DNA from: Methanohalophilus portucalensis
GTDB taxonomy: Archaea > Halobacteriota > Methanosarcinia > Methanosarcinales > Methanosarcinaceae
Length of the DNA: 64,000 nucleotides
Assembly: GCF_002761295.1 (NCBI RefSeq)
Contig: NZ_CP017881.1
Coordinates: 347,213 to 411,212 of the forward strand
Direction of reading: 5' to 3'
Numbering within the stretch: position 1 is the stretch's first letter; the number at the start of each line of letters is the position of its first letter. This document shows, piece after piece, positions 20,701 to 30,518 of this stretch. The translations under genes and the position numbers were made by a program. The notes beneath the pieces were generated by a model, which ran no database searches, was not told where the DNA came from, and was given only the letters and a program-made list of their open reading frames with translations.

Positions 20701-22491
20701 GTTATCCAATAGTACTGGATTTATAGAATCGCTTATATCTAAAATTGAAAGTTCTTCATATCCAGAAGATACATAAGCATAATCTCCTTCGATTGCTATA
20801 TCAGTTGTAGGAGTGATATCGAATGAATAATAGGTTTTCACAATTTCAGGGTCTGAAGGTTTACTTATGTCCATTATAGCTAACCCTTCATATCCATCAG
20901 CGATGTATGCATAATTTCCGTTAACAGCAATACCTTCTGCAGCACCACCATTTGTTTTACAGTTTCCTGCAATCGAAGGTGAAGCAGGATTACTGACATC
21001 CACCGCCACAAAACCATCATCACCATTGCTTATAAAGGCATAGTTATCTGAAATTGTAATTTGTGGATCATAACCTATCGGACCTATCTCAAGACTTTCT
21101 TGTAATTCAGGTGAATAGGAACTTGTGATATCTATAATGGAAAGTAGCAAAATACCAGAACCATCATTTTCCATTAAATAGGCATAATTGTCTCCAACAG
21201 CAACATATCTTGCATAACCATTGGTTTCACAATTACCTATTTGTTGTGGGGACATAGGATTACTTATGTCTAAAATCACAAAGCCATTATTAGCATCAAC
21301 TAAATAGGCACAATTGCCTACAATCGTGAGGTCTAAGAATTGGTTATTTTCATCATAAATTGATAATATTTCAGGTGATGTGTTATCTGTTAGGTTTACG
21401 ATTGCAAGACCATTCTCCTCATCAGCTATATAGGCATAATTTCCAGAAATTTCTACATCTTGCACAGATAGACTCGCTTCATAAAGACCTCTGAATTCAG
21501 GGGATTCGGGGTTACTGACATCTATAATTGAAAGACCTTTATTATGATCAGCAATGTAGACATGATTGTCAAATATGTCTATATTCACCGCCCTGTCGGC
21601 ATCGTAAATCCCAGCAAGCACGGGTGAAGAGGGATTATTGATATCCAAAATAACAAGCCCATTATGATCATCAGCTATATAGGCATAATTTCCAGAAACT
21701 TCAATATCTTCTGCATTATTATTATTGAAGGCATAATTGGTATGCTCGCCTGCATAAGACGGAGATTCGGGATTACTTACATCCAAAACTAAAAGTCCAT
21801 TGTCATCATCAGCTACGTAGGCATAATTTCCAGAAATGTCAACACTTAATGAGTTTCCCGGGGTAGTGTAAATCCCCTTAAACAATGGTTCTTTCGGATC
21901 ATTTATATCCAGAATCACAAGATCACTATAATTTGTTGCATATGCATAGTTACCATCAACTGTAACATCAAATAAATAACCAGAATCTGTATAACTTCCT
22001 GCAGCGAAAGGATTTGTTGGGTCACTTATGTCTATAATTATCATGCCATCATCATCAAAAGAACAATGGGCTTCATTGCATACATAAGCATAATTTCCAT
22101 CAACTGAAATATCAGTTGCAAAATTTCGCCATCCAAGATAAACACTTCCTGTGCTCGAAGGTGAAAAGGGATCACTGATGTCCATAATAACGAGTCCACT
22201 TTCACCATTAGCTATATAGGCATAATTACCTGAAATGGTGACATCGTTTACCAGAGATGAAGTCGTAAACCTGCTTATTTCATGAGGGTTGGCTGTATCA
22301 CTTATATCAAGAATTACAAAATCCTGGCCCTGTCCAGCATAGGCATGATCTCCAGAAACTTCAACAGTATCCCATGTACCCCCTAGATGGGACTCAAAAT
22401 CCAATTCTATTTCATTAGCGGTACCAGTAAATGAACTTACCATTAAGAACAACAATAGAGCCAAAATTGCGACATATATATTTTTATTCAT
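17728..22491 (-). CDS. giant cell-surface protein with LVIVD beta-propeller repeats, PKD domains and PGF-CTERM archaeosortase anchor
   Basis: signal peptide (start at MNKNIY); >10 GLVILDIS/GLAIVN LVIVD-type repeats; PKD-like YxWTS motifs; Gly/Ser linker; C-terminal PGF plus hydrophobic plus KR. Confidence 0.75.
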   Translation of the reverse strand: MNKNIYVAILALLLFLMVSSFTGTANEIELDFESHLGGTWDTVEVSGDHAYAGQGQDFVILDISDTANPHEISRFTTSSLVNDVTISGNYAYIANGESGLVIMDISDPFSPSSTGSVYLGWRNFATDISVDGNYAYVCNEAHCSFDDDGMIIIDISDPTNPFAAGSYTDSGYLFDVTVDGNYAYATNYSDLVILDINDPKEPLFKGIYTTPGNSLSVDISGNYAYVADDDNGLLVLDVSNPESPSYAGEHTNYAFNNNNAEDIEVSGNYAYIADDHNGLVILDINNPSSPVLAGIYDADRAVNIDIFDNHVYIADHNKGLSIIDVSNPESPEFRGLYEASLSVQDVEISGNYAYIADEENGLAIVNLTDNTSPEILSIYDENNQFLDLTIVGNCAYLVDANNGFVILDISNPMSPQQIGNCETNGYARYVAVGDNYAYLMENDGSGILLLSIIDITSSYSPELQESLEIGPIGYDPQITISDNYAFISNGDDGFVAVDVSNPASPSIAGNCKTNGGAAEGIAVNGNYAYIADGYEGLAIMDISKPSDPEIVKTYYSFDITPTTDIAIEGDYAYVSSGYEELSILDISDSINPVLLDNYNNAGYADGITVAGNHAYVNDGDNGLVILSINTPSEPNKLPTSVITSISPNPANEGDTIVFQGLGEDSDGTITEYSWTSNLEDEVIIGTSPSFTTSDLSSGIHTISFSAKDDDGAWSESDSTTLKINEKPNVMPTSKIDSITPNPATEGNLVSFTGSGTDSDGNIVGYNWTSSIDGHLHASSSFSISDLSPGTHTISFSVQDDDGAWSNPVSETLEIVDDQAPEVNISATPIENVSIHNPVTIRLNSTDNHPAITEFVIQDSEGQNVTNLTVTDDVANGATWEYVWNATFSNGAEVPSGTYWLFVNSSDTSDNTASANVSVVVDNTEPTVSITEITGSNTVGEIVHANSILQVNATADGTPGNVSALSFTLDSEFTSFHRVVEASFVNGEWTAEFDLTTIPNDGKYTVTATVTDAALNTNFITASKTVLLDRKAPSLYPVSSVYNETHGIVNISASECLDDTPVVDVNADEVELSKIASKWSGFFNLGGSDFNINVTGIDVAGNVGVGNSTMHIERIETVNNTANFTSKQSGTTIDFRTNNDTKSNITVTESDKPLANVTNGSVGLHFIDVNFGKELQTNLTNATIRIPVNMSLLPEGVAVEDVTIRYYNETSDEWEPFSTSVETIDDVEYWVATVNHFSTYGAMADDKTPPILDDVTPEDGTKFDEDTTSVNIRFNYSDAASDINVSSIIFKFNGNEISASDDLEITGNYAAYNATGLDTGDYTAEVIVADAAGNNATFTTIFSIAPGEGTETKPGSSGGSSSSGGGGGGGNTGEAFENILTKAAQTCKIAPGETARYEFGEEKCNISYIQFTGVTNAGQISTLIEVLKDTSALVDEDAPGEVYQNLNIWVGNAAFGDDKVEDSVIGFRVDKEWLANNGFDASEVALFHYSDGIWNKLSTTQTDEDDGFIYFEAETPGFSPFAISAVSEDEESLAETTPTSEETIDEGVEEENVEQTPEMESDQTPGFSSLLSIFMLIVTLFIIQVKRT

Positions 22492-22966
22492 CTTCTTTCC
22501 TACTTTATATTTGCTCAGTTTGTATAATTTCACTTCAAATTTATTTTTTGGAAGCAGACTTTATAGAGTTTAACTATTAATAAAAGTTACTCTTTAAAAA
22601 ATAATTATGATAACTCTATAGTAGCCCTTTCAACTAGTAAAATATTGTTTTAACAAGGAAAAGTTCCCACTGTGTGATTTGGGCTAAATCAAGCACAAAG
22701 AGGATGAATGTTTTTCAGGTTGGGAAAGTGGAACTCACATTAAATTTGTGATTTAATGGCATGTCAAACAATTATCTAAATTTTGTCTATACAGCTATAT
22801 CTATAGCTGGCAAATTACGTCTTCCAATCTACAGTGAAAATTATACCAAACGAAAATATACTCAATACCAGTTAATTACATTGTTATCTCAAAGAGTATT
22901 ATACGAATAAGGACTATAGATATGTTGCTGAATTTATTGATTTAATGCATTGAATTCAATTCAAGA

Positions 22967-23347
22967 TTGGTAAAAAAACACATATCTCACTTAACAACAT
23001 TACATAACTTTACCCTCCGAATTCCTTCGTTCTATTTCAATAGCTTACTACACCAAACTCTGGAATTCTTCTATTTAAATGGTGAAAAGATACCATTGAT
23101 TGCTATTGATTCAAGTGGATTTACAGGAGGGAAATGTAGTTACTATTGTTCTGTAAGAACAGAAAAAAGACTCTCGTATTTGAAAGTAAATATAGACATT
23201 GATGTTGAGAGGTTAATTAAAACTGGTTTTAGGACCCCAGGTAAATCTGTGCATGGTGTAAAAAATGCAGATACATTGCTTAGCCAGTACCACAAAAGAA
23301 GAAAAGCGGATTGTTATTTGAGAAAAAAGTATATGGTTCATAGATGA
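22967..23347 (+). pseudogene. IS4/IS5-family transposase fragment (start of DDE domain only)
   Basis: IAIDSSGF motif resembling the first Asp region of DDE_Tnp_1; only 126 aa, no downstream DDE residues. Confidence 0.35.
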
Positions 23348-23576
23348 TAAATGATTTAATTAAAAAACCGTTGAAAGTGGCAACCTTCACACATATAAGA
23401 GGTGATAAATAAAGACTATAAAAACATCTCGAAAAATTAAGGACGAATTAATTAAATACGTCTGCAATTACAGAAATCTGGCAGAGGCAAATTTTTCTGT
23501 ATTGAAAAGAAAAAAAGAACTTCTGAAAATACTATAAAGGAGATAGCATAAGTTTTTCTACTTCTTGTATTTACAG

Positions 23577-23972
23577 TTAAAGAATTAACCATGGCATAAG
23601 GCCTAATAATATAAGTAATACAATATAGAAAAAAATGTCCCTGCCACTCGAATACTTATGGGGGATTTCATTCTTTTTCATCTTCAAAGCTGTTGTATAA
23701 GCGTCGAATATATTGTATACCCAAATAATCATGGGGATGATAAAAGGAAATCCATAAAAGGAAGATACCGACATTAAAAAAGCTATACTGTAAGCTTTTA
23801 AATATTCACCATTGTAAACTTGCCCGGAACCGGCTATAACAATAGACCATATTAATGCATATATTGGTGTTTTCTTTTTAGTTCGACCTGTTTCATTTAC
23901 TTTAACACCACAACCAGTACAATATTCTTTATCTTCTAATTTTGTGCCACATACAGAACAATAATTTTGCAT
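23577..23972 (-). CDS. zinc-ribbon membrane protein
   Basis: N-terminal CxxC...CxxC followed by 3 predicted TM segments. Confidence 0.4.
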   Translation of the reverse strand: MQNYCSVCGTKLEDKEYCTGCGVKVNETGRTKKKTPIYALIWSIVIAGSGQVYNGEYLKAYSIAFLMSVSSFYGFPFIIPMIIWVYNIFDAYTTALKMKKNEIPHKYSSGRDIFFYIVLLILLGLMPWLIL

Positions 23973-24327
23973 AATATTTCACATTTAATGTAGTAAGTTA
24001 TTATTATAAATATTCTTTTCTATTAAGTAATATAAATATCAGCATAATACGAAATAATTTTATAATTAAGCTTTAATTTTAATAAAATGGAAGATGTATA
24101 TATTTGCTATCAATTTTAACAATAATTATATTTTGTTTCATAGGCTTTCTATCTGTTAATTTTATGCAATTAGATATATTTTATATAAGGTTTACAAGCA
24201 AAAATTGTATACTATTAAACATAGCAATATTTGAAATATAATTACTAGTTATCACTGAAAAATAATTTCATCACTTTTAAGTATTATTATTTGCTATTAA
24301 ACTCAAAATTAAATTATAGTATACATA

Positions 24328-25701
24328 TTGATAGCAGGTGATTGTATTAGTATTAAAAAAATAATCATAGTAAATGTTCTATTGCTAGCTCTCTTAATTG
24401 GTACTGCCTCTGCTTCTAACACCGGTCCAATTGAAGAAAAATGGAACATTACATTTGATGGACAAGATGATGATCATATAGCTTCTATTATAAAATCAAA
24501 CTCTGAAGGATACATTGTATCTGGAAATATGGGATTGGATCCCATTAGTTCTGACCAAGATGGATTTTTATATGAAATCGACTCAGAGGGGGAAATATTA
24601 TGGAGAGAAAAATTTGGAGGAAACCAACGGGATTCACTTTCAGCGGTTTTTCAGGCTGATAAGCAAAATTATATAGCCGTTGGAAATACTATTTCTTTTG
24701 GATCACCGTCTACCCGGTCTACATGGATAATAAAAGTAGATAATGATGGAAATGAAATTTGGAATAAAACCATTTTACAGGATGTTTCGACCATAATTAG
24801 TTCCGGGCAAAAAACTTCAGATGGAGGTTTTGTCCTTGCAGGAATGCGTGCTCCTCTAAGAACTGCTGGTGGGAATCTAGTAGGATTGCTAATCAAAACA
24901 GACTCTGAAGGAAATGTAGAATGGTCAAAGGATTTTGGAACAGGGCAAGTCCGTACCTATGATTGTTTTTATTCAGTAAGGCAAACTCCTGAAGGAAACT
25001 ACATTTTGTCTGGAACTACCCAATCTTTTAGTTCAGGGAATGTAGAGGATGGATGGTTAGTAAAAGTCGATTCAAATGGCAATGAATTATGGAATAAATC
25101 ATTTGGTGGAAAAGAGGTCGATTTCCTGGATTCAGTTATTGTCTCTCCAGATGGTGACTACATTGCTTTGGGTAGAAGCAAACAATATGGTGAATCACTC
25201 TTCAATGCGTGGGCAGTGAGGACCGATAAGAATGGGAATCTCCTTTGGGAAAAACGATATTTTGACCATTCAGATTCTTATTTTTCTTCTATTGAAAAGT
25301 CTCCAGATGAAAACTACCTGGTTACAGGTTCAGTTGGAAAAGTTCCAAATGGCTCAGTACAAGCTTCCTTTTCAGCAAAAAGTTATGAAGCTGTCCTGAT
25401 GAAGATAGATGGCGATGGAAATTCATTGTGGTCAGAGAATTTTGATGGATATCAAACTTCCTCATTTAGTTCTATTGCAGTGGATGATGATTCCTATGTT
25501 GTAGCAGGAAGTGCAAAATTGAATGATTCGGGCAATTCTGATGGCTTAATAGTTACATTCAATGAACCTGCAATGGTTAAACAATCTGCTTCAGGGGAGG
25601 ATACTTCAGAAAGTCAACCAAATCAGGAAAAAAGCCCCCTTTCGGTGACATTAGCTGCCATTTGTCTTGCAGTTGCATTCATTTTTGCAAAGAGACCATG
25701 A
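24328..25701 (+). CDS. secreted beta-propeller repeat protein with C-terminal TM anchor
   Basis: signal peptide; about 8 repeats with G[NE]x[LI]W[SN][KE] signature every ~48 aa; C-terminal hydrophobic segment plus KRP. Confidence 0.5.
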   Translation: MIAGDCISIKKIIIVNVLLLALLIGTASASNTGPIEEKWNITFDGQDDDHIASIIKSNSEGYIVSGNMGLDPISSDQDGFLYEIDSEGEILWREKFGGNQRDSLSAVFQADKQNYIAVGNTISFGSPSTRSTWIIKVDNDGNEIWNKTILQDVSTIISSGQKTSDGGFVLAGMRAPLRTAGGNLVGLLIKTDSEGNVEWSKDFGTGQVRTYDCFYSVRQTPEGNYILSGTTQSFSSGNVEDGWLVKVDSNGNELWNKSFGGKEVDFLDSVIVSPDGDYIALGRSKQYGESLFNAWAVRTDKNGNLLWEKRYFDHSDSYFSSIEKSPDENYLVTGSVGKVPNGSVQASFSAKSYEAVLMKIDGDGNSLWSENFDGYQTSSFSSIAVDDDSYVVAGSAKLNDSGNSDGLIVTFNEPAMVKQSASGEDTSESQPNQEKSPLSVTLAAICLAVAFIFAKRP

Positions 25702-25789
25702 TTAAAATGTTTAGCAGGGTATTTGCCCTGCTTCTATTTTTTCAATAATTGCTGTATCAAAACTAAAAATCATCTCTTGTGATCTTACA

Positions 25790-26284
25790 TCACGTAATTA
25801 GAATATAGAGTATTATAAAACCAATAAAAACTGCAATCCATTTGGAAAAGTTGTTTCCATCAACATTCACATCTCCAACATTGATTACATTTGATCTCTG
25901 AATAAAGCTATCATTAACTTCATGATTCCCTGTATTCGATTTGTTGGTGTTTCTTGATTCTTCTTTCAAATTTCCAGAAACCCTATTAACCGGATCATTG
26001 TCTGTTTTTGACTTAGATTCACTGGAAGTAACTTTTCCAGCACTTTTAATATAAGCTTTGAAATTCAAGTGAGGGTCATATGAGCCTCTATGCCATTTGG
26101 AACATTTGGTGCAGTAGTAATAGTTTGCATTTGATGCATTTGTTTCCTTTTCATCAAAGTAACTGATATGTCTTCTGGAAAGTGAATCGGGATCTGCGGT
26201 TAATCTGTGCCAAGTATCGCATTCAGAACAATAATAGTAATCCCCTTTCTGACCAACTTGTTTTGTTTGATTCATGTATATCAC
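25790..26284 (-). CDS. Cys-motif repeat protein with C-terminal TM segment
   Basis: duplicated YYYCxxCxxWHR motif; stop of the upstream gene overlaps the start (ATGA). Confidence 0.4.
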   Translation of the reverse strand: MIYMNQTKQVGQKGDYYYCSECDTWHRLTADPDSLSRRHISYFDEKETNASNANYYYCTKCSKWHRGSYDPHLNFKAYIKSAGKVTSSESKSKTDNDPVNRVSGNLKEESRNTNKSNTGNHEVNDSFIQRSNVINVGDVNVDGNNFSKWIAVFIGFIILYILIT

Positions 26285-28045
26285 ACAAACATTTCAAATA
26301 AACTTATATGAGTATTTTTAGTGACTCTTCTTTCCTTTTCAACTTGCCTAGTTTTTGGTACTTCTCTATACTTAGTAACAGGCACTTCCCTAGTTTTTTC
26401 AACAGTATCGTATGCTGTTTCAGTTGTTGAATATTCCATGGTTGCTTCTATACTAACTTTCATAGTTTGCGAAAGATCAACTTTCCGAAAATGGAACACA
26501 TAGTAATCGGATTTGTCAGGAACAAAACTAAAATAAGAACTATCAACATTTTTCTTCAGTACATATACCTTCATAGAAGAGTCAAATTCGTATCCATTAT
26601 TAACGAATGAATTATACGTTTGTAAGTCCATGACATCAAAATTACAATTGTTACCTGAAAGTTCACTTATATGTCCTGATATTTTTACTCCTTTTTTACC
26701 ATCAAGATCAATATATCTCTTCCACGATTGACCACCGTAATCCATACTTACTTCGTCAGTATTCGGTGATACTATTGTTTTCTCTCTAGTAACATCCTCT
26801 GTAACCGGTACCTCTTCATAATATGTTTCAGTTTCCGTGGTTTCATAAGGTTCATCAACATAATATGTTTCTGTAGTTATGTATGGTTCATAAGTGGTAT
26901 AACTGTGTGGAATTACAGGCAAAAAGGAACCAAGTATTAAAAAGAGAACTATAATAGATGCATATACATATTTGTTTGATCTTTTTTCAGGTTTTGGATA
27001 TGTATTACTTTCAATATTCTTTTGTGATAGTTGCTCTACTGCATTCTTTTGAGTTTCCGTGAGCTTGGATTCCTTCTCCTTTTTTGAATCAATCGAATCA
27101 ATCGCTTTCAATTCATCAGAATTTGAATCGTTATCTGTAACTTTGTCATCCTGTTTCGTTGAATCGAAATTGGTACGCTGTACAAGACTATCTCTGACAT
27201 CTATATCCAACCCATCTGCAACATTAAAATTAGATCTTTGAACAACTGAATCTGTAATATTAATTACATTTTCTTTTTTAATAACTCCAATTTCCTGAGC
27301 AGATTGTGTAGTAGAAGCAAGATGTTGGAGATCTGATATGATTTCATTCAAAAATCCATTTAGTCCATGTTCTTCATCTGAAACTGCTTTGAACATTACT
27401 TGGGTAAGTCCATCTTTTTCTCTGACAAAAGCAGTTAAAAGATAATCAATTTGTTCCCCAACAGATTCAGCTGCAAAATAGACAATGATGCCATCTCTTA
27501 TGGCATATTCATCCACTTTATAAAGGCTGTTTTTACATGTTTGAGTTATATATGAGATGATTTTTTCCGGACTGAGCCCTTTGAAATTAATGCCCTTGTT
27601 TAAAGATTGCCCGATGCTTGCCCTTTCCAGAAAATCATTACGTTTCATTGGCTTTTCTTTCAAAAATGGGCAAACACAATCAATTTCTTTGGGCTTAATC
27701 TTCTCGGCATGTGATTCCCATTTTGAGTCTTTGTAAAGTACCGTAGCACCTATTTTTTCCTTATGGATGCAATTGGATGGTTTCAAGATGAATTTTGCAG
27801 TACGCTCTACACCGGGGGGGGATATTTCCCAGTTTACTAATTTTTTCCCCATCTAAGTTGAAAAGTGATTCTGAGTAATCCAATACAGCTTCTACATCGG
27901 AAACAGTTGAATCAGTGGAATTAGTAACTCTAATTCCAAATTTAATCCTATTATCGGGTAGTATCTGATAGCCACGTTTTATGTTCAGGTTTCCCATCCA
28001 TTGTCCCCATTCATTATGATAAAATTTGTAAATTAATAAATACAT
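26281..28045 (-). pseudogene. single-pass TM protein of the island paralog family (copy C), frameshifted at a C8/G8 run
   Basis: ORFs 27761-28045 and 26281-27852 are homologous to consecutive parts of the 32776 and 35843 proteins; frames join if the G8 run 27814-27821 is G7. Confidence 0.55.
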
Positions 28046-28102
28046 AGCAAATATATTAATTTATTTGTAATAAACATAATTGTTGAAACTTATAAAAAGC
28101 AA

Positions 28103-29278
28103 TCACATATTCTTTGATTTTACATATTTAGGTGATTCAAGACCAACATCAACGATAATTCCTTGATTGAGCATTTTTTTTACCAATTCATTTGCTCCTT
28201 GATGATTGAGGCCAAATTTCATCTCAATATCATTTAATGTGAAATATTCCGCTTCTTCAATGAACTCATTCATTGATTGATTGAGAGTTTGTCTTTCGGT
28301 ATCATGTGAATGCCAGAACTTCAAATGGTTTGCAGATTCTGATGTATCATTAAATATCAAAGTATCATTTTTCAATTCATAGAGGAATAGAGACATCCTT
28401 TGGTGGATGAAATTTCTTGCAAATACTTTGACACCATCATTCCATTCGTTTGCAATAAGACAGAGGTTTTTGTGTTGTTTTTTACCAACAGCATTGGCCT
28501 GAGACTGTACATGTTCAACAAAATCCTGCATTTGTTGTATGGGATAGCAGTACGTTTCAATTGTCAGGATTTTTCTGAACAGATTATCTTTAATTACACC
28601 ACTTACACTTCTTTTAGTGACATCAATCTTCCAGTTTTTATCTGCAATATAGTCCCCATTAGGTGATATTTCAGGCTGGAATTTTGAATATTTTTCTTCA
28701 AGCAAGTTTATGTAATTGTAAAGTTTGGACAGATATTCAGTATCATCTAATTCATCTTTTTCAATCGATATGCCATGAGTTATTCCACAAGATTTTTTAG
28801 CAGAATCTAATTCATCTGCATGGCTATCCAGCGAATTCAACTGTTGTTTTCTTTTTGTGTCTTCATATTCCGAATTAAGTTCATCTGTAAGCATTATTCG
28901 GTTTCTGAAGCTTGTTGCCAGAGAATCTATTTTTCTTTCAAGTGTGAGTGTATCTACAGTTTCAGCTGTATCCAGAGAAGTCTGCAGAAATTCAAGTAAG
29001 CCAGTTGAACTTTTCATGAAACACTCTTCTGCTTCATAAAAGTCGTCCAGGTTGCCTTGTCTGCGATTAAAAGAACTTATGTTTTTATCCTGAAAATCAG
29101 CTATCAAATCGCTTGTTTTATTCCTTACCTGGCGAAGTTCTGCAGTTGTGATGGAATCCTGCTTTCGATATGCTTTGTGAATTAAGTGTTCAATATACTC
29201 ATGCGATTTGTGCAAATTGTCAATCACTAATTTGTGATTTTGCTGCTGCAGCTCTGCCGGAGGTGTCAAATCTGCCAT
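28103..29278 (-). CDS. hypothetical protein, operonic with the Vps4-like ATPase
   Basis: 391-aa ORF, coiled-coil rich, 44 nt downstream of the Vps4-like gene. Confidence 0.45.
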   Translation of the reverse strand: MADLTPPAELQQQNHKLVIDNLHKSHEYIEHLIHKAYRKQDSITTAELRQVRNKTSDLIADFQDKNISSFNRRQGNLDDFYEAEECFMKSSTGLLEFLQTSLDTAETVDTLTLERKIDSLATSFRNRIMLTDELNSEYEDTKRKQQLNSLDSHADELDSAKKSCGITHGISIEKDELDDTEYLSKLYNYINLLEEKYSKFQPEISPNGDYIADKNWKIDVTKRSVSGVIKDNLFRKILTIETYCYPIQQMQDFVEHVQSQANAVGKKQHKNLCLIANEWNDGVKVFARNFIHQRMSLFLYELKNDTLIFNDTSESANHLKFWHSHDTERQTLNQSMNEFIEEAEYFTLNDIEMKFGLNHQGANELVKKMLNQGIIVDVGLESPKYVKSKNM

Positions 29279-29321
29279 ATCGGTAAATCCCCACTTTTCA
29301 TTATTTATTCAAAATTAAGTT

Positions 29322-30488
29322 TCATACAGATTGATTTCTATAACTCATAATATCACTGAAAGTACCGGCTTCCCCATTTTTATCAATCTGCTTTTGTGCC
29401 TCAATATACCAGTTGTGTATCGAAGGCTTGCGTTTATTGAATATTTCCATGAAATCTCCGGTTTCAATTTTACGTGTTCCTTTACCCTGCAATGCTTCGC
29501 TCAGAGGAATGTCTGCTGTTTCTTTGCAAATTGCCGTTATATCTGCACCTGAATATGCATCCGTCATTTGCGCTAAGTAATGTAAATCGATATCTTCTGC
29601 AACAGGTCGGTTCTTCAAATTGAGATCCAGGATAGCCTTACGTGCCTGATGATCAGGTTCAGGTATGAATAACAATTTACTGAAACGGCCGGGTCTTCGA
29701 AGAGCAGGATCGATAGCCCATGGTTCATTGGTCGCTGCCAGGACAAGCAGGTTTTCCTGTGTTGCATCGATACCATCCATCAGAGTAAGCAACTCATTGA
29801 CAAGCCTTTTTGCATGTTCTTCGGCTTGACTACGTCTACCAGCTATAGAATCGATTTCATCAAAAAATATGATTGCTTTTTCCGATTCTCTTGCGGTAGC
29901 AAATATTTGTTTAATATTTTTCTCCGATGAACCTACCCATTTGCTCACAATACTGCTTGTTTTGACTGTAAAAAAATCCGCATCACACTCTTTTGCTGCG
30001 GCTTTTGCCATCATCGTCTTGCCACACCCAGGAGGACCATAAAGTAGGATTCCCTCGCCTGCTTTTTGACCATACATCTGGTACAGTTCTTTGTGAGTGA
30101 AAGGATAAATGATGGCTTTTCTTATGTCTTCCTTGACATCTTCCAAACCACCGATATCTTCAAATCCAATATTTGAAGGTTCCTTCATGAGCAGGTCTGA
30201 TTTGGCCAAACCAGACTCTTCAATATTTCCTTCACCTGTATCGGCACTACCCGCAGTATTTGCACTAACAGTCCTGAAGGATTGGGCTTTTGCAAGCAGG
30301 TGCTCTGCAAGGTCACGCTGTGTATTTCTCTCTGTTTTATCAGCAGCAACTTTGGATGCTTCGTTATATAGCCCGGCTGCTTTAAGATAGAGTTCTCTGG
30401 CCCTTTTATGATTGTCTGCATTTTCTAGTTTTTTTGCAGCTCTTGCATACCCTCGAGCCTGTGCAGCAAATGAGTTTGAAGATGTCAG
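29322..30488 (-). CDS. Vps4/CdvC-like AAA+ ATPase with N-terminal MIT domain
   Basis: Walker A GPPGCGKT; meiotic-clade motif SIVSKWVGSSEKNIKQIF; in-frame upstream helical MIT-like segment; no ATG/GTG/TTG between the stop at 30489-30491 and the TTG at 30209, so the start is uncertain. Confidence 0.65.
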   Translation of the reverse strand: MTSSNSFAAQARGYARAAKKLENADNHKRARELYLKAAGLYNEASKVAADKTERNTQRDLAEHLLAKAQSFRTVSANTAGSADTGEGNIEESGLAKSDLLMKEPSNIGFEDIGGLEDVKEDIRKAIIYPFTHKELYQMYGQKAGEGILLYGPPGCGKTMMAKAAAKECDADFFTVKTSSIVSKWVGSSEKNIKQIFATARESEKAIIFFDEIDSIAGRRSQAEEHAKRLVNELLTLMDGIDATQENLLVLAATNEPWAIDPALRRPGRFSKLLFIPEPDHQARKAILDLNLKNRPVAEDIDLHYLAQMTDAYSGADITAICKETADIPLSEALQGKGTRKIETGDFMEIFNKRKPSIHNWYIEAQKQIDKNGEAGTFSDIMSYRNQSV

Positions 30489-30518
30489 TTACCACCCCTC
30501 CAATCAATTATTACTGAT

